The notes: a model not told the origin generated them from the sequence alone. A DNA stretch of 17,388 nucleotides from Selaginella moellendorffii (GCF_000143415.4 NW_003314336.1:637620-655007), one strand, 5' to 3'; shown: positions 1 to 10,462, counted from the stretch's first letter. Numbers and translations are program-made.

Positions 1-695
1 CTACTCAACATGTGAATCAACTTAGGAGCCTCTTAGTAACCTTACACATGCTTGTGAATTTGTCACAGAATATGAGAATCATAATAAAGAATAAATTTTA
101 TAAATCTTGTAATAAATCTTGCAAATCAATAAAGTAATATAATTCTCTAAAACCATAAGTTTTTTTTTTTTGTTCGTTAATTCCTTAGATGGGTCACTTT
201 TGGCAAATTGACTTCCGCACTTCAATGCATGGGTTCAATCCATAACCATGGGGATAATTATTATAAACTGATCACAAGTCCTCACTTCTCTCTCGATAAC
301 TCATTTTTGAAAAGGGGCATGGTTATGTAAACAACTTCATCTGCTAGTTTATAAGAGTTGTCTAAATCTTCCCAATGGGGTTGATTTCTTGCTCAGGGGC
401 AATTGGGCCTTGAGCCCTCTCCCTATATCCCTGCAGGTAGGGATGTATCATTCCTTTGTAAGCTAAGTGATATTTGGAGTAACAAGGGTGGCTAATTTTG
501 TTAGTCATTTCCTTGTCGGTGACGACCAAAGGGTGTCTTAGTCTTAACATCTTTGGATGTAAAGGAGAGGTAATTCTATAACTCATTTAAATCAGTGTGT
601 TTCCCACATAGTGTGCTTTCCATTAACTTTTGGAGTTGTTTCCTTGATAGTTTGCTAGACTTGGGTATGCATTGACGAGGACGTTGATGTTCCCT

Positions 696-1000
696 AGGGG
701 GGGGGGGGAAGTGTCACGAATATGACAGGAGGTTGGTACTGTTGATTCCCTTTATGGTCCCCGCTCAAGCTAGTTGAGAAATTGGTCATTGCATGTGCAC
801 TTGACCAGATGAGCATAAGGATGGAATTCCTAAATGCTATTAGTCAAGCATACTTGACCTAGTTAGAGAAACTCATTCATTAAATTGCACTTGCTAGTGT
901 TAAGAACTCCCAAGATATTGAGACTAATCCCTTAATATCGCTATATGATATAGCTTATTATGTCCGCTAGACATCCTTGCTATCGTGCCTTATATGTTAG
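696..1000 (+). mobile_element. Probable polypurine tract and start of the 3' LTR of a further LTR retrotransposon (element D); right boundary not determined
   Basis: AG(12)AAG purine tract at 696-711 is directly followed by TGTCACG at 712, the usual PPT-TG junction. An imperfect internal duplication lies at ~770-806 and ~859-895 (CTAGTT..GAGAAA..TCATT..TGCACTTG). No partner LTR is in the window. Confidence 0.45.
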
Positions 1001-1130
1001 TTCCATTCCAGATCCATATGCTATTTATGGTAAATATCTAGATCTACTTAAGAGGCATATCTACAAAATGTAGAGAGTGTCTTGAACATGTTGTTCTTGC
1101 TTTTGGATTTGCAATGTAGCACCATTCTAT

Positions 1131-1283
1131 ATTTCTGCCATATAAGCTTGTCACCATTTCTGCCATATAAACTGGTGACAAATGGCAGTAAGTTTATGGT
1201 TTATGGTTTATGGTTTATAGTAAGTTTAAGTTGCCAGTTTATATGGCAGCTTGTCACCATTTGTCACCATTTGTCACCATTTC
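1131..1283. repeat. Modular cluster of direct, tandem and inverted repeats
   Basis: ATTTCTGCCATATAA at 1131-1145 and 1156-1170; perfect 16-bp inverted repeat at 1160-1175 / 1234-1249; (GTTTATG)x3 at 1192-1212; (TTGTCACCAT)x3 at 1251-1280. Confidence 0.9.
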
Positions 1284-1616
1284 ACACTTGTCTCAAAGAC
1301 TAAGTCCTGGTAGTAAAGGAGGCTTAGGGTGAAAGCCTAAAGTGTTTGTTCCTCAAGGGGGGGATATGGGGGGGTTTCAAATGTAGAGTAAGGATAATAG
1401 TTGAAATGCATATCCGACCACTTGAGACATTAGTTTGGCTTTTGTTAGTTGTGTCACTCCTTGTTCTGCATTTGGCTTGGGTTTAAACCCAAGCTCCATG
1501 CTGCTCTAGTTGGTGGGGTACCCTCCTCCTTACATTAGACCACTAATATGCTGAAATCACGCCAGACATTGTTTAGCATGCAGGTGTTGGATATAGGGAG
1601 CTAATGCTTGTGGGAT

Positions 1617-2811
1617 TATGAGTGTACCAAAACTTTGTTTTGTAGCAGAACGGGCTTGGAGTTCAGCTCTAAATTCAAGTGCACTACATAGTCCCCCAAA
1701 ACAAAAGTCCCTCCTCACTGCTTAGCATATGCTAGTGTTGTGCAAAGTTGATGAATTTGAATGTGCAGCATAGCTAGATCTCAGTATTCATCCAGATGAC
1801 TGAGTCGATCTACTCAATGTGGAGTGGAGGTTGAAGCATCATTGGACAAAGGATCCACTCCTTCTACAAATACTAGGTATGCTGGTAATTGCAACTGAAT
1901 GGGGAGCATTGTTTCAAGCTTGTAAACTAGCCTGAATGGTGTGAAACTAGTGGGAAGCTTCTTTATTGTCCTGTAAGTTGGTAGATAAGTAGGCCATGAT
2001 CTAGGATTATCTTACACCAACCTTTGAAGGATGCACTTGAAAGACTTATTCATGACCTCTACTTGTTTGTTTCCCTATGGCTAATAAGAGTTGGACTTCA
2101 AGTGTGAAACCCCCAGTTTTTGCATCAGATCAGCCACCACTACTCCTAAAAAATGAGAACCATGATCTGATACAAGAATTTGGGGGGCCCCAAACCAACA
2201 ACACATATGTATATAGATGAAATGAATAGTTGTTTGTTGATCTAGAGTGGAACTAGATATGGCTTCTGCCCACTTTGTGACACTATTGGTGGTTGCTATG
2301 ATATATGCATGCCAATTGGTAGCCAATGGGAATGGGCCAGAGTAATCCAAACTCCACCTCATGAATGGTGCTTTTGGTGCAATTGGGTGCATCACAATTT
2401 TATCCTTGAGATGGACTGGATCAAATTATTGGCAAGGTATACACATTACACAAACTTAACACTCTCTGCATATAGGGTTAGCCAGTAATATCCCACTCAC
2501 AGTACTTTCTTGCTTGTTGCCATCACTGCAAAATGGCCTCCACAAACATGTGTATTTGCTAGTATCTTAGTGGCCTCTTCTCCATCCACACACCAAAGCA
2601 GAGTACCATCTTCATGTCTCCGAAAGAGTGTGTCATCCACCAGAATAAACTTAGTTGCTCTTTGGATGAGTTGCCAGTGTTTGTGCAGTGTGACATGAGA
2701 ACAAGAGTCTCCTTGGAGAAGAGCAATAATGTCTGAATACCAAGGATAGTCCACTGCCATATAAGACGATACTTCAGTGTGTATCATTGCCAATGAGGAA
2801 GTCACATCCAT
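1617..2811 (-). pseudogene. Element A integrase (HHCC and DDE core, no chromodomain seen)
   Basis: HVCGGHF..GYYW..CQ; PFMRWSLDYSGPFP; TKWAEA; FGAPQILVSDHGSHF; TPFRLVY; C-terminal FVLGDYVV. Fragmented. Confidence 0.9.
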
Positions 2812-2859
2812 AAAAAGTGATGCAAAGGATATTGGATCTAATATATGTTCCTACTCAGT

Positions 2860-3225
2860 TTGAATAAGGAAGTTAAATACCTGGAGTTGAAGAACCCAAT
2901 AAGCATGTTGCCCCTATAAGACTGGTAGAGGATTGATTGGTGTATGAGCAATTGTTGGAGGATGTTCAGCCATCAAGTCTCTTAAATAATGCCAAAGTTT
3001 CTGAAAAGCAAATACAATCACTGCACAATACTGATCCATTCGAGATTTTGAAAGTTCTGTTTGCTCCAAATTATGCCTAGTAAAATAAATTGCAGAAAAT
3101 GCTGGTGGCAAAGGGAGATATTGGCAAAGTGCCACATTAATGGTATCACCACAAATAGGTGAAACTGATGATGAAATTTTGGTGGTTGCAACACTAGGCT
3201 GGAAAGGAGAGCTTACAAGAGCCAT
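2860..3225 (-). pseudogene. Element A native RNase H-like (tether) domain, lacking the first catalytic TDAS motif
   Basis: ALVSSP..INVALCQ..AIYF..EL..IVFAFQKLWHYL..G.HAYWVLQLQVFNF matches the gypsy RH pattern (KLRHYL, RW.L.LQ.F) by eye. Confidence 0.75.
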
Positions 3226-3259
3226 TCATATGTTTGTTGACACTATGTAGTCCAAAAAA

Positions 3260-4166
3260 AATCTATTGGAGTCTGAAGTATATCATAAAGTGGTTTTGCA
3301 AGAGCTGCATAACTGTAAATAAACCACCAAAAAAACCCAATGCCACCAAGAAAATGCCACAACTGATGAATAGTAGAAGGTATGGTAGTGTGATACAACT
3401 ACTCAATTTTTGGCCTGTATACTTCAATACCTCTACTACTCACAAGGTGGCCTAGCAACTTCCCTTCTTAGACAAAGAATTGGCACTTACGAGGGTTCAA
3501 CTAGATGTTGAAAAGTCTATAGCGTTGGAAAATTTGCTTGAGTTAAGCAATTATTCATCACAACTACTTCCCAACACAAAATTGTCCATGTAGATTTGAA
3601 GGGAGTGAAAAGTCAAATCATGGGATAGGAATATCATAAGCCGTTGGAATGTGGCTGGAGCATTAATGAGGCAAAAAGGGAGGATGCAATAAGCAAAAAT
3701 TCCCTAAGGAGTGTAGAAACATGTCTTTAATTGATCCTCTGCAGTGATTTGAATCTGATTGTAACCTGAAAACCCATCCATAAAGCTATATATATGTTTT
3801 TCAGCAACTACATCTAGGATAGCATCAATAAACGGAGTAAATAAGTAACTGTGAATAGTAGCTTTATTCAATGCCCTGAAATCAACACAAACATGTAAGT
3901 TTTCATTGGCTTTATATCGAGAATATAGAATAAATCCTATTAGCAACCTCCATATGATATATAAAATTTGATTGTAGGAGTTGTTGAATTTCCTGCTTGA
4001 TGAGAGGTTCTAGGACCAGATTCAACCAACAACCAAGTTTCTGTATTGGTATAGTTCCTTGCTTAAGAAGAATATGATGCATAATGATTGTTGGATCAAC
4101 TCCCTTCAAGTCTTTATAACTCCAAGCAAAAATGTCTGACCACTCTCGATATAACTCTTGTAGCAT
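3260..4166 (-). pseudogene. Element A reverse transcriptase
   Basis: DIFAWSYKDLKGVDP; HVCVDFRALNKAT; YSFMDGFSGYNQI; PF.L.NAPATFQRLM; QIYMDNF at ~3579-3599 (YxDD decayed to YMDN); LLGHLVS.RGIEV. Confidence 0.93.
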
Positions 4167-4360
4167 CTGCTGTTCATTGTTTGTAAGAGTGTTGCCAATA
4201 AAGATTGGCCAAGACTCTGAGGTATTAGATTCAATTGAAATAACTTTGGATGATCTACTATGCCATCTACTTGTACTTGAAGAATATCCACAAAAGAGAT
4301 ATTATCTAAGGGAGTAAGTCTTTCTTCTTCCAAAACCGAGTCTTGAACCAGCATCTAGAG

Positions 4361-4733
4361 GCCTTGTTTTGCTAGTGCATCTGCCACTGCATTAGACCCC
4401 CTAAGTACAGTGACAATATCCCATTGATCCAGCTTAGTGAGGACTGATATCAGCTCCCCATACAAGCATTGTAAGCGGTGACTGAGGACTTTATATGTGC
4501 CCAGTACTTGTCAACAGCTATGAATCTGATCTAAGGCTCACACAATGAACTGGATATTATAAGGCTCTCTGAACTGCCAACAACATTGCCTGATATTCCA
4601 CTTTGTTGGAGGAGGATGCAGAAACCACCATTGATATGGAGATGAGTGTGTCTCCAGTGGGAGATACGAGGACAACACCAATACCACTACAGTCCAATAA
4701 TCAAGAAAATGCCCCATTAGAAAATAATCTGTA
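4361..4733 (-). pseudogene. Element A additional archaeal-type RNase H (aRH) between protease and RT
   Basis: Hand translation: YRLFSNGAFS*LLDCSGIGVVLVSPTG..SNKVEYQAMLLAVQRAL..SLRSDS*LL [frameshift] QVLGTYKV..WDIVTVLRGSNAVADALAKQG. This matches the RNase HI-like motifs (F/S)DGA, G.GVV, NN.AEY.A, DSQL and R..N..ADALA. Confidence 0.88.
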
Positions 4734-5009
4734 TACGACTCATTTGTATCTGCAAACATAGAAACAGCTATATTAGTGTAACTTGTAACCATATCTGAGC
4801 TCGAAGTGTCATCAGAGGTAACATTGCTACTAAAAACATTTGCTACACTTAAAACTAGTAGGTTGGCTCTATATCTCACCTTCTTACCTGTCATCCATCC
4901 TTGAAGTATTGTATCTTCTGACTCATGCATCTCATCATGACACCATTACTGAGTTGAAAGTATCCTTGTCAATTGGAACTGTTTCTGATGCCTATGATTG
5001 ACCCTTCCT

Positions 5010-5400
5010 GTTATATAAGGTGGTAGTTACATTTCCCACTGAAATGTGCATCAAACCTTGATCCCACAATGTATGAGCCAAAACTCTATCTAGCCACTTT
5101 TGTCCCAAGAGCAGTGAATATGACTGAACCAAATCTGCCCAGCCATCCTGGGGAGAATCCACTACTAAAATATTGAGTTGAACCTACACTTCGTCCATAT
5201 CAATTGTTGCAGCTTTAATCAATCCAGCAAATTTGACCTAATGCTGAGCAAATGTCTTAAGGATAATTGAAGTTTGAGTGTTGGAATTGATTTGTAGCTG
5301 CTGACAAATGTGTGTTGGCATAATATTTATTCCTGAGCTAGAGTCCGTGATTGCTTTAGGCAAACGTTTGCCATTGACCAGTGGATTGCAGTAGAAAGCC
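5010..5400 (-). pseudogene. Element A aspartic protease
   Basis: Hand translation: VNGKRLPKAITDSSSGINIMP (decayed DSGS active site) .. YSLLLGQKWL (LLG..WL motif). Confidence 0.88.
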
Positions 5401-5926
5401 CCTGAATCAACTAGATGTGAGTGTGGATTCCTCTTTGATGCAGATTACATGTCAGATTCTTGGTCATCTGTGGGGCTACTCTAGACAAAGAAAGCTAGTC
5501 CAAAAGGCATGGAGCAATGTGAAGAAGTTGTACCATGGTGATTGTCGGCCTTAGTAGCTGTAAATCCTTAAGCAAGGAGTATGGTGGCACTAGCAAGCAG
5601 GAAGGATCAGTAGCAACAGAAGTTGGTAGTGGTTGCAAGGAGTGCAGTGTTTTTGCCATTTTCTTCTTTGCCTAACTGATGTTTTGGTCCAGAGTAGCTG
5701 GTCCTAAAACTTGAGTTGTGACCCAACAAGTTGGTGAGCATTCTTGAAAAGGTTCCCCAACAGCTGCCTGTTGAGATCTTTTAGCCGTAAGAACATCTAT
5801 GGATGCTTCCTTTGGTTCTCTAAGTAAATCCATTGAAGAGATTTGCTCATCTTCCAACATATGACCCTCAACAAATTTCACTAGAGGCAAAGGATCATCT
5901 TGCTGTTTGCATTGTACAATTGCAAG

Positions 5927-6064
5927 CCCTCCTAAACAGGGTGCCATGGTATGATTTGGCTACTGCAATGGATCTTTCTCTCCTTGTTGATATTTACCCA
6001 AGCCCATGCTTGATATCCATCCTTGTTTTTGCAACAACTGATATCCCTTGTCATCTTCAGATAT
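5927..6064 (-). pseudogene. Element A G-patch domain between the Gag zinc knuckle and the protease
   Basis: Hand translation: ISEDDKGYQLLQKQGWISSMGLGKYQQGEKDPLQ*PNHTMAPCLGG fits the G-patch pattern G(Y/F)xLLxKxGWxxxxGLGKxxQGxxxP...LG. It is in frame with the zinc knuckle at 6349-6308. Confidence 0.85.
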
Positions 6065-6299
6065 TCCTGCTCTCTATGTTGGATCAGGCTCTACCAAATA
6101 GATAGAGTTCTCCACTTGTACATGGTTGACCCCAAAATATGGCAAACTTGTGGCAGCTATAGCTGTCTGTGGCAGCATTTTTGTGTGATCCGGTAATGGC
6201 CTTGGGGCATACACTTGAGTTGGCGGAGGAGGAGGAAGCACCAAGGGCATTGGAGGTGTAGGAAGTTGATGTTGTTGTTGCAATTGGACTGCTCGCTAC

Positions 6300-7133
6300 T
6301 TAATGAAGCATTGATCCTTAGTATAACTTGGCTTACCATAGAAGAAACAAGCAACCGAAGACTAATAAAAAGCTGGTGCAACTGGTGCTTGCCAAGCCGG
6401 ACAAAGTTTAGCTTTTTTTTTAGTCAAACTTTTTAGTGGTAATATAGAGTTTCTTCTTTGACTTATGATATTTATTTTCTTATTAGACTTATATTATTTA
6501 GCTTTTCCTTGGACTGAAAATATGTCTTAAGTTTTGAATAGAATTGTTGGTTTGTCCCGAACCAATCATTTAAACATCAACTTTTGTATGTGGTGGACTA
6601 TATTGACTTTCATTGACTTGAGCTCAACTCAAAACTACCCAGCCCCTGCTGGAATCTGCAAAGGTGTAGCAGTGACAATATTGACAAGAATAGAATCCTG
6701 TCTTGCTTGTGTATCTGCCAGCTTTGTAAGGAACTCCTCTTGACTATCAGCGATTATTGTTAAGACCGTGGTCATCATTTTTGTAATATCCTACATGTAG
6801 GATTCCAAGGAGACTGACATGTCTCATTGGACATTAAATGGGAATGCAAAGGAAGTGGATCCCATCTTGATAAGATACTTGCATTCTTGTGTCTTTGCTT
6901 CTATTATTGCCATTTCAACTATTGTTGGTTCCTTGTGGTGCACTTTCCTAGCCAAGTTAGGATGTAGAGCATCAATATATGCCTAGACCACCCTCACGCT
7001 TTTGGCATCGACTCCTTTGTCATTACACTTTTAGATATATGCTTGGAAGTGTTGATTGAACTGTTGCAAGGATTCATATGGTTTCTAATGAAGGAGGTTT
7101 AATTCTGCCATGACATGACACTATCTTTGCTTT
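6300..7133 (-). pseudogene. gag: Element A gag, 3' part (capsid C-terminal region and decayed CCHC knuckle)
   Basis: ELNLLH*KPYESLQQFNQHF..AYIDALHP..EPTIVEMAIIEA; CFFYGKPSYTKDQC at 6349-6308 (from CxxCxxxGHxxxxC). Confidence 0.85.
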
Positions 7134-7138
7134 CTAGG

Positions 7139-7237
7139 TGTTAGGAAGCGTTCTCATCGCTTCCATGGATGGTTTTGGCCTGGATAGTTTAGGCTTGGTG
7201 AGCACAGTATGGCAAGGATTCCTCATAAAAGGAGGGA
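7139..7237 (+). repeat. Element B 5' LTR, first part (split by element C)
   Basis: Matches 15098-15196 with 7 mismatches (hand count); TATA-like CATAAAA at 7224-7230. Confidence 0.97.
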
Positions 7238-7349
7238 TGACACAAACCACGGGAATATTCCAAGAATATTCTATGGCCTGCGGGATTTAAGGCCGTAACG
7301 CTTTAAGGGTTGGGAGGTTGGCCTAGGGTTCACTCTCTTGTTCGTTTCA
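7238..7349 (+). repeat. Element C 5' LTR
   Basis: 108/112 identical to 10463-10574 (hand count; all four differences are transitions). Confidence 0.98.
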
Positions 7350-7350
7350 T

Positions 7351-7362
7351 TGGTATCGGAGC
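7351..7362 (+). promoter_or_regulatory. Element C primer-binding site (tRNA-iMet type)
   Basis: TGGTATCGGAGC one base after the LTR end; the canonical plant site is TGGTATCAGAGC. Confidence 0.93.
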
Positions 7363-7379
7363 AGCACGTTCTTTTGGGG

Positions 7380-8375
7380 ATGGCGGGAGAGCAAGATATT
7401 GATCCTGATGAGGAGTATGGCGTTAGTGATGATAGCCATGACGATGCAGAAGAAACTCTTCATGATGTCGTTCTGCGGCAAGGACGCTAGATTTCTACGG
7501 TTCAGAGCGACATAAAGGAGGTTAAGGATTCTGTCAATCTCATTAAGGATTTCTTGCTTCGCATGGACCCTCAAGGATTGAATCGATCTCATGTCCGTGA
7601 TTACCATTGGTACGTCAAGCATGCCAAGGATTATGGTATTATGGAATGGAAATCATCACCAGATGTTTGTGATAGTCAAAAGGTTGATTCTTGGTTGGAA
7701 TTGTGGGAAAGTTGTTGGTCTCACAATCCTTGTGAGGATAAGGTGAAGATAGATTTCTTTATGACGAAGCTTACGGGCCATGCTTCTTCGTGGTGGAAGA
7801 ACTACATCAAAGCTAATCCGAAGCCGACTTCTTGGACTGATTTGATAAAGGTTTTCCGCACTTCGTTTGTCAAGAAGTTTGAAGAAGTTGATCTTGTGAA
7901 TCAGTTGTTAGAGATCTGGCAAGGGACTTTATCTTTGGATGCGTATGCCCGCAAGTTCCGTGATCTTTGCCTTAGTCTCATAGGCACCTATAATGAGCTG
8001 CTAAAGGTGCAATGTTTTATCAAAGGATTGAGCTCAGTGGATGTGCAGCAGAAGGTCAAGAAGGATTTTCCAGCAACATTGACTGATGCTATCACTAAGG
8101 CTCAGATCTTTTCACCCGAACCGTCAGTCAACTCAGTCAACTCTGGTCAACGAGATGGTCTACGGAGTAGTCAACATGATGACCAGCTCGCCAATGCTTC
8201 ATATTCGGGGAAGAAACAGCCGTTGTTCTGTTATGGCTCGAAGCATGAAGATGGTAGTGAGGCTAAGAAACTTCGTTTGGAACAGCGAGAGAAGGACAAT
8301 GCGGAGGGCAATTGTTTTCGTTGCCATAGAGCTGGACATCAGAGCAAGGATTGTTTTGAAGGGGTCAATGAATAA
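7380..8375 (+). pseudogene. gag: Element C Gag (one premature stop at 7488-7490)
   Basis: ATG 7380 is in frame with ORF 7554-8375; KLTGHASSWW..SWTDLIKVFRTSF..IWQGTLSLDAYARKF..FIKGL; zinc knuckle CFRCHRAGHQSKDC; ends TAA TAA. Confidence 0.93.
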
Positions 8376-8397
8376 TAAGGTGACTGTGGTGGAAATT

Positions 8398-8690
8398 ATA
8401 AGCAATGATGTGAGTGATAGTGCTTTTGGGGCCGTATTGCTTCAAGTTAGGCATTATCTCGCATTCATGAGCCATAAGTTTGATGCCACACAGTGGAATT
8501 GACTTACTTGAGAATGGCAATATTATCTATATAGATCGGACTTCTATGTAAATTCAAATCATCAGTCTCTCCAGATGTGGATCTTCGAGGCCGCCTTGCT
8601 CGTTGGCAAGAGTTCCTGCAGGAAATGTCTGTTAAGATCCAGTACAAGCATGGAGGTGACAATAAGGTGGCTGATGCGTTATTCAGGATG
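8398..8690 (+). pseudogene. Element C RNase H remnant with internal micro-deletions
   Basis: SNDVSDSAFGAVLLQ..LAFMSHKF..WN*LT*E|WQYYLY..VNSNHQSL| [frameshift] LRGRLARWQEFLQE..NKVADAL. The segment usually reading KELxAIVxAL is missing. Confidence 0.85.
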
Positions 8691-10214
8691 GTAAATTCCA
8701 TCTCGTTCGTGAAGCTATCCAACGATCTCTTGGATGAGTTTAAGGAGTTTGCTGACTTCAACTTCTTTATCACTGATATTCGCGCGAAGGTTTTGTCTGA
8801 GGGTACGCCTTCTACGGATCTGAAGGGTGACAAGTGTGCGTCATTCGAAATACGAGATGGAATTCTGGTGAAAAAGGGACGTGTAGTGGTTCCTCATATT
8901 GATAAACTCATCAAACGGATTTTGGTTGAGTGTCATGATGTGCCAAGTGCTGGGCATCTGGGGGTATTGAGAACGTATATGTTGGTGAAGAGGCATTTCT
9001 TTTGGCCTGGGATGAAGTCAGATGTTGAGAAGTACGTACGTGGTTGTTTGACCTGCCAGGTGGTCAAAGTTGATCATCAGAAGCTCGTTAGCCTCTATCA
9101 TCCTTTACGTGTACCCGAGAATAAGTGGGATAGCATCTCGATGGACTTTATCACTGGTTTGCCCAAAACCTTTTGAGAAAATGATGCTATTTGGGTTGTT
9201 GTGGATCGTTTGACGAAGATGGCTCACTTTTTCTCTGTGAAGACAACGATAAAAGCTTCTGAACTTGCTCAGTTGTTTGTAGACTGGTTATTCAGTCTCT
9301 ATGGTTTGCCGGGTGACATTGTGAGTGATCGGGATCCTAAATTCACGTCCAAGTTTTGGCAAATGGTCTTTGAGAAACTAGAGACTAAACTGAGCATGAG
9401 TAATGGTGAGCATCCACAATCTTATGGGCAGACAGAGCGCATGAATCAGCTATTAGAAGATATGCTACGGTCTTTTGTGGGAAACTTGAGTCGACAGGGA
9501 GTATGGGAGAAATACTTGCCTTTACTTCAATTTGCTCACAATAGCGCTCATCAATCAGCTATTGGCATGTCTCCTTTTATGGCGATGTATGGCTATGAGC
9601 CTAAGTCTCCTGTGAGTTTGAATTTGGCTTTGGTTCAGGTTCCTCATGCTTGTGATTTCCTGGAGGATATGCAAGACAAGCTTGAGTTGGCAAAATTGAA
9701 CATGAGGCAAGCTCAAGAACGAGACAAAAGATTGGCTGATGAGCATCGTCGTCATCAAGAGTACAAAGTTGGTGACAAGGTTTTCCTTAAGCTGTCGGAT
9801 GCACAACGATCTCTAAAAGGAAGTGGTAGTGCTAAGTTGTCCCCACGGTATTGTGGGCCTTGGACAATTTTACAGCGTGTGGGGGATCTTGCATACACTT
9901 TGGATTTGCCAGTTAGTTCGAAGATTCATCCAACGTTTCATGTGAGCAAGCTTAAAGTGTGTTTGCACTCTGGTGATATCTTGGATCAGTCCATCATCCA
10001 GGTTCCAGAGATTGATGCAGAGAAGGCTGGTTCGGCCAATATTCTTGCTCAAAGATTGGTGAAAACATGCCGGAAAACAACTAGGGAGTTGTTAGTTCAG
10101 TGGAATGGTTATTCCATGAACGAAGCTACATGGGAAACTGAGGATGACGTGAAGAGAGTGTTTCCGAGTTTTGGTTATGACTTGGATGACATTCCTGAGG
10201 AAGGGGAGAATTGA
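8691..10214 (+). pseudogene. Element C integrase with GPY/F motif and chromodomain (one premature TGA at 9174-9176)
   Basis: HDVPSAGH..CLTC; SMDFITGLP; VSDRDPKF; GQTERMN; YCGPW..HPTFHVSKLK; ILAQR..LLVQWNGYSMNEATWE. ORFs 8577-9176 and 9201-10214 share one frame. Confidence 0.96.
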
Positions 10215-10448
10215 GTTCTATAGCCGTATTGCTATATGATTTGAGCCATTTGTTCTATTCTCATTCTCTTGTTTTCCATGACCGTATTGTCATGTGAGAA
10301 AGCCGTATTGCTTTCTTTCTTTCATGACCGTTTGTTGCAACATTGGTGTTGCCATTTGCACATCTTTTCTCCATGGCAGTATTGCCTTGGACTCCCTTCA
10401 TTTGAGGCTTGTTTAGCTTCTCGAGGCTACTGTATGTGGCTGGGTCAT

Positions 10449-10462
10449 GAGGGAGGGGAGAA
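10449..10462 (+). promoter_or_regulatory. Element C polypurine tract
   Basis: GAGGGAGGGGAGAA abutting the 3' LTR. Confidence 0.93.

Noticed and set aside
362-586. 74-aa minus-strand ORF and other short antisense ORFs (e.g. 7347-7622, 8504-8833, 10707-11030, 14919-15293)
   Set aside because: No recognisable motifs; most are shadows of retroelement coding or LTR sequence.
791-808. GCATGTGCACTTGACCA resembling 16241-16258
   Set aside because: Similarity does not extend on either side.
1021-1130. CTATT+TATGG as TSD and start of A's missing LTR
   Set aside because: Only scattered short matches to 15993-16100; not distinguishable from chance by eye.
1251-1280. CRISPR-like repeats
   Set aside because: 10-bp units with no spacers, in a eukaryotic retrotransposon context.
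4538-4930. 130-aa minus-strand ORF as an independent gene
   Set aside because: Its 3' half is an off-frame reading of the aRH domain; the 5' half is PR-aRH linker.
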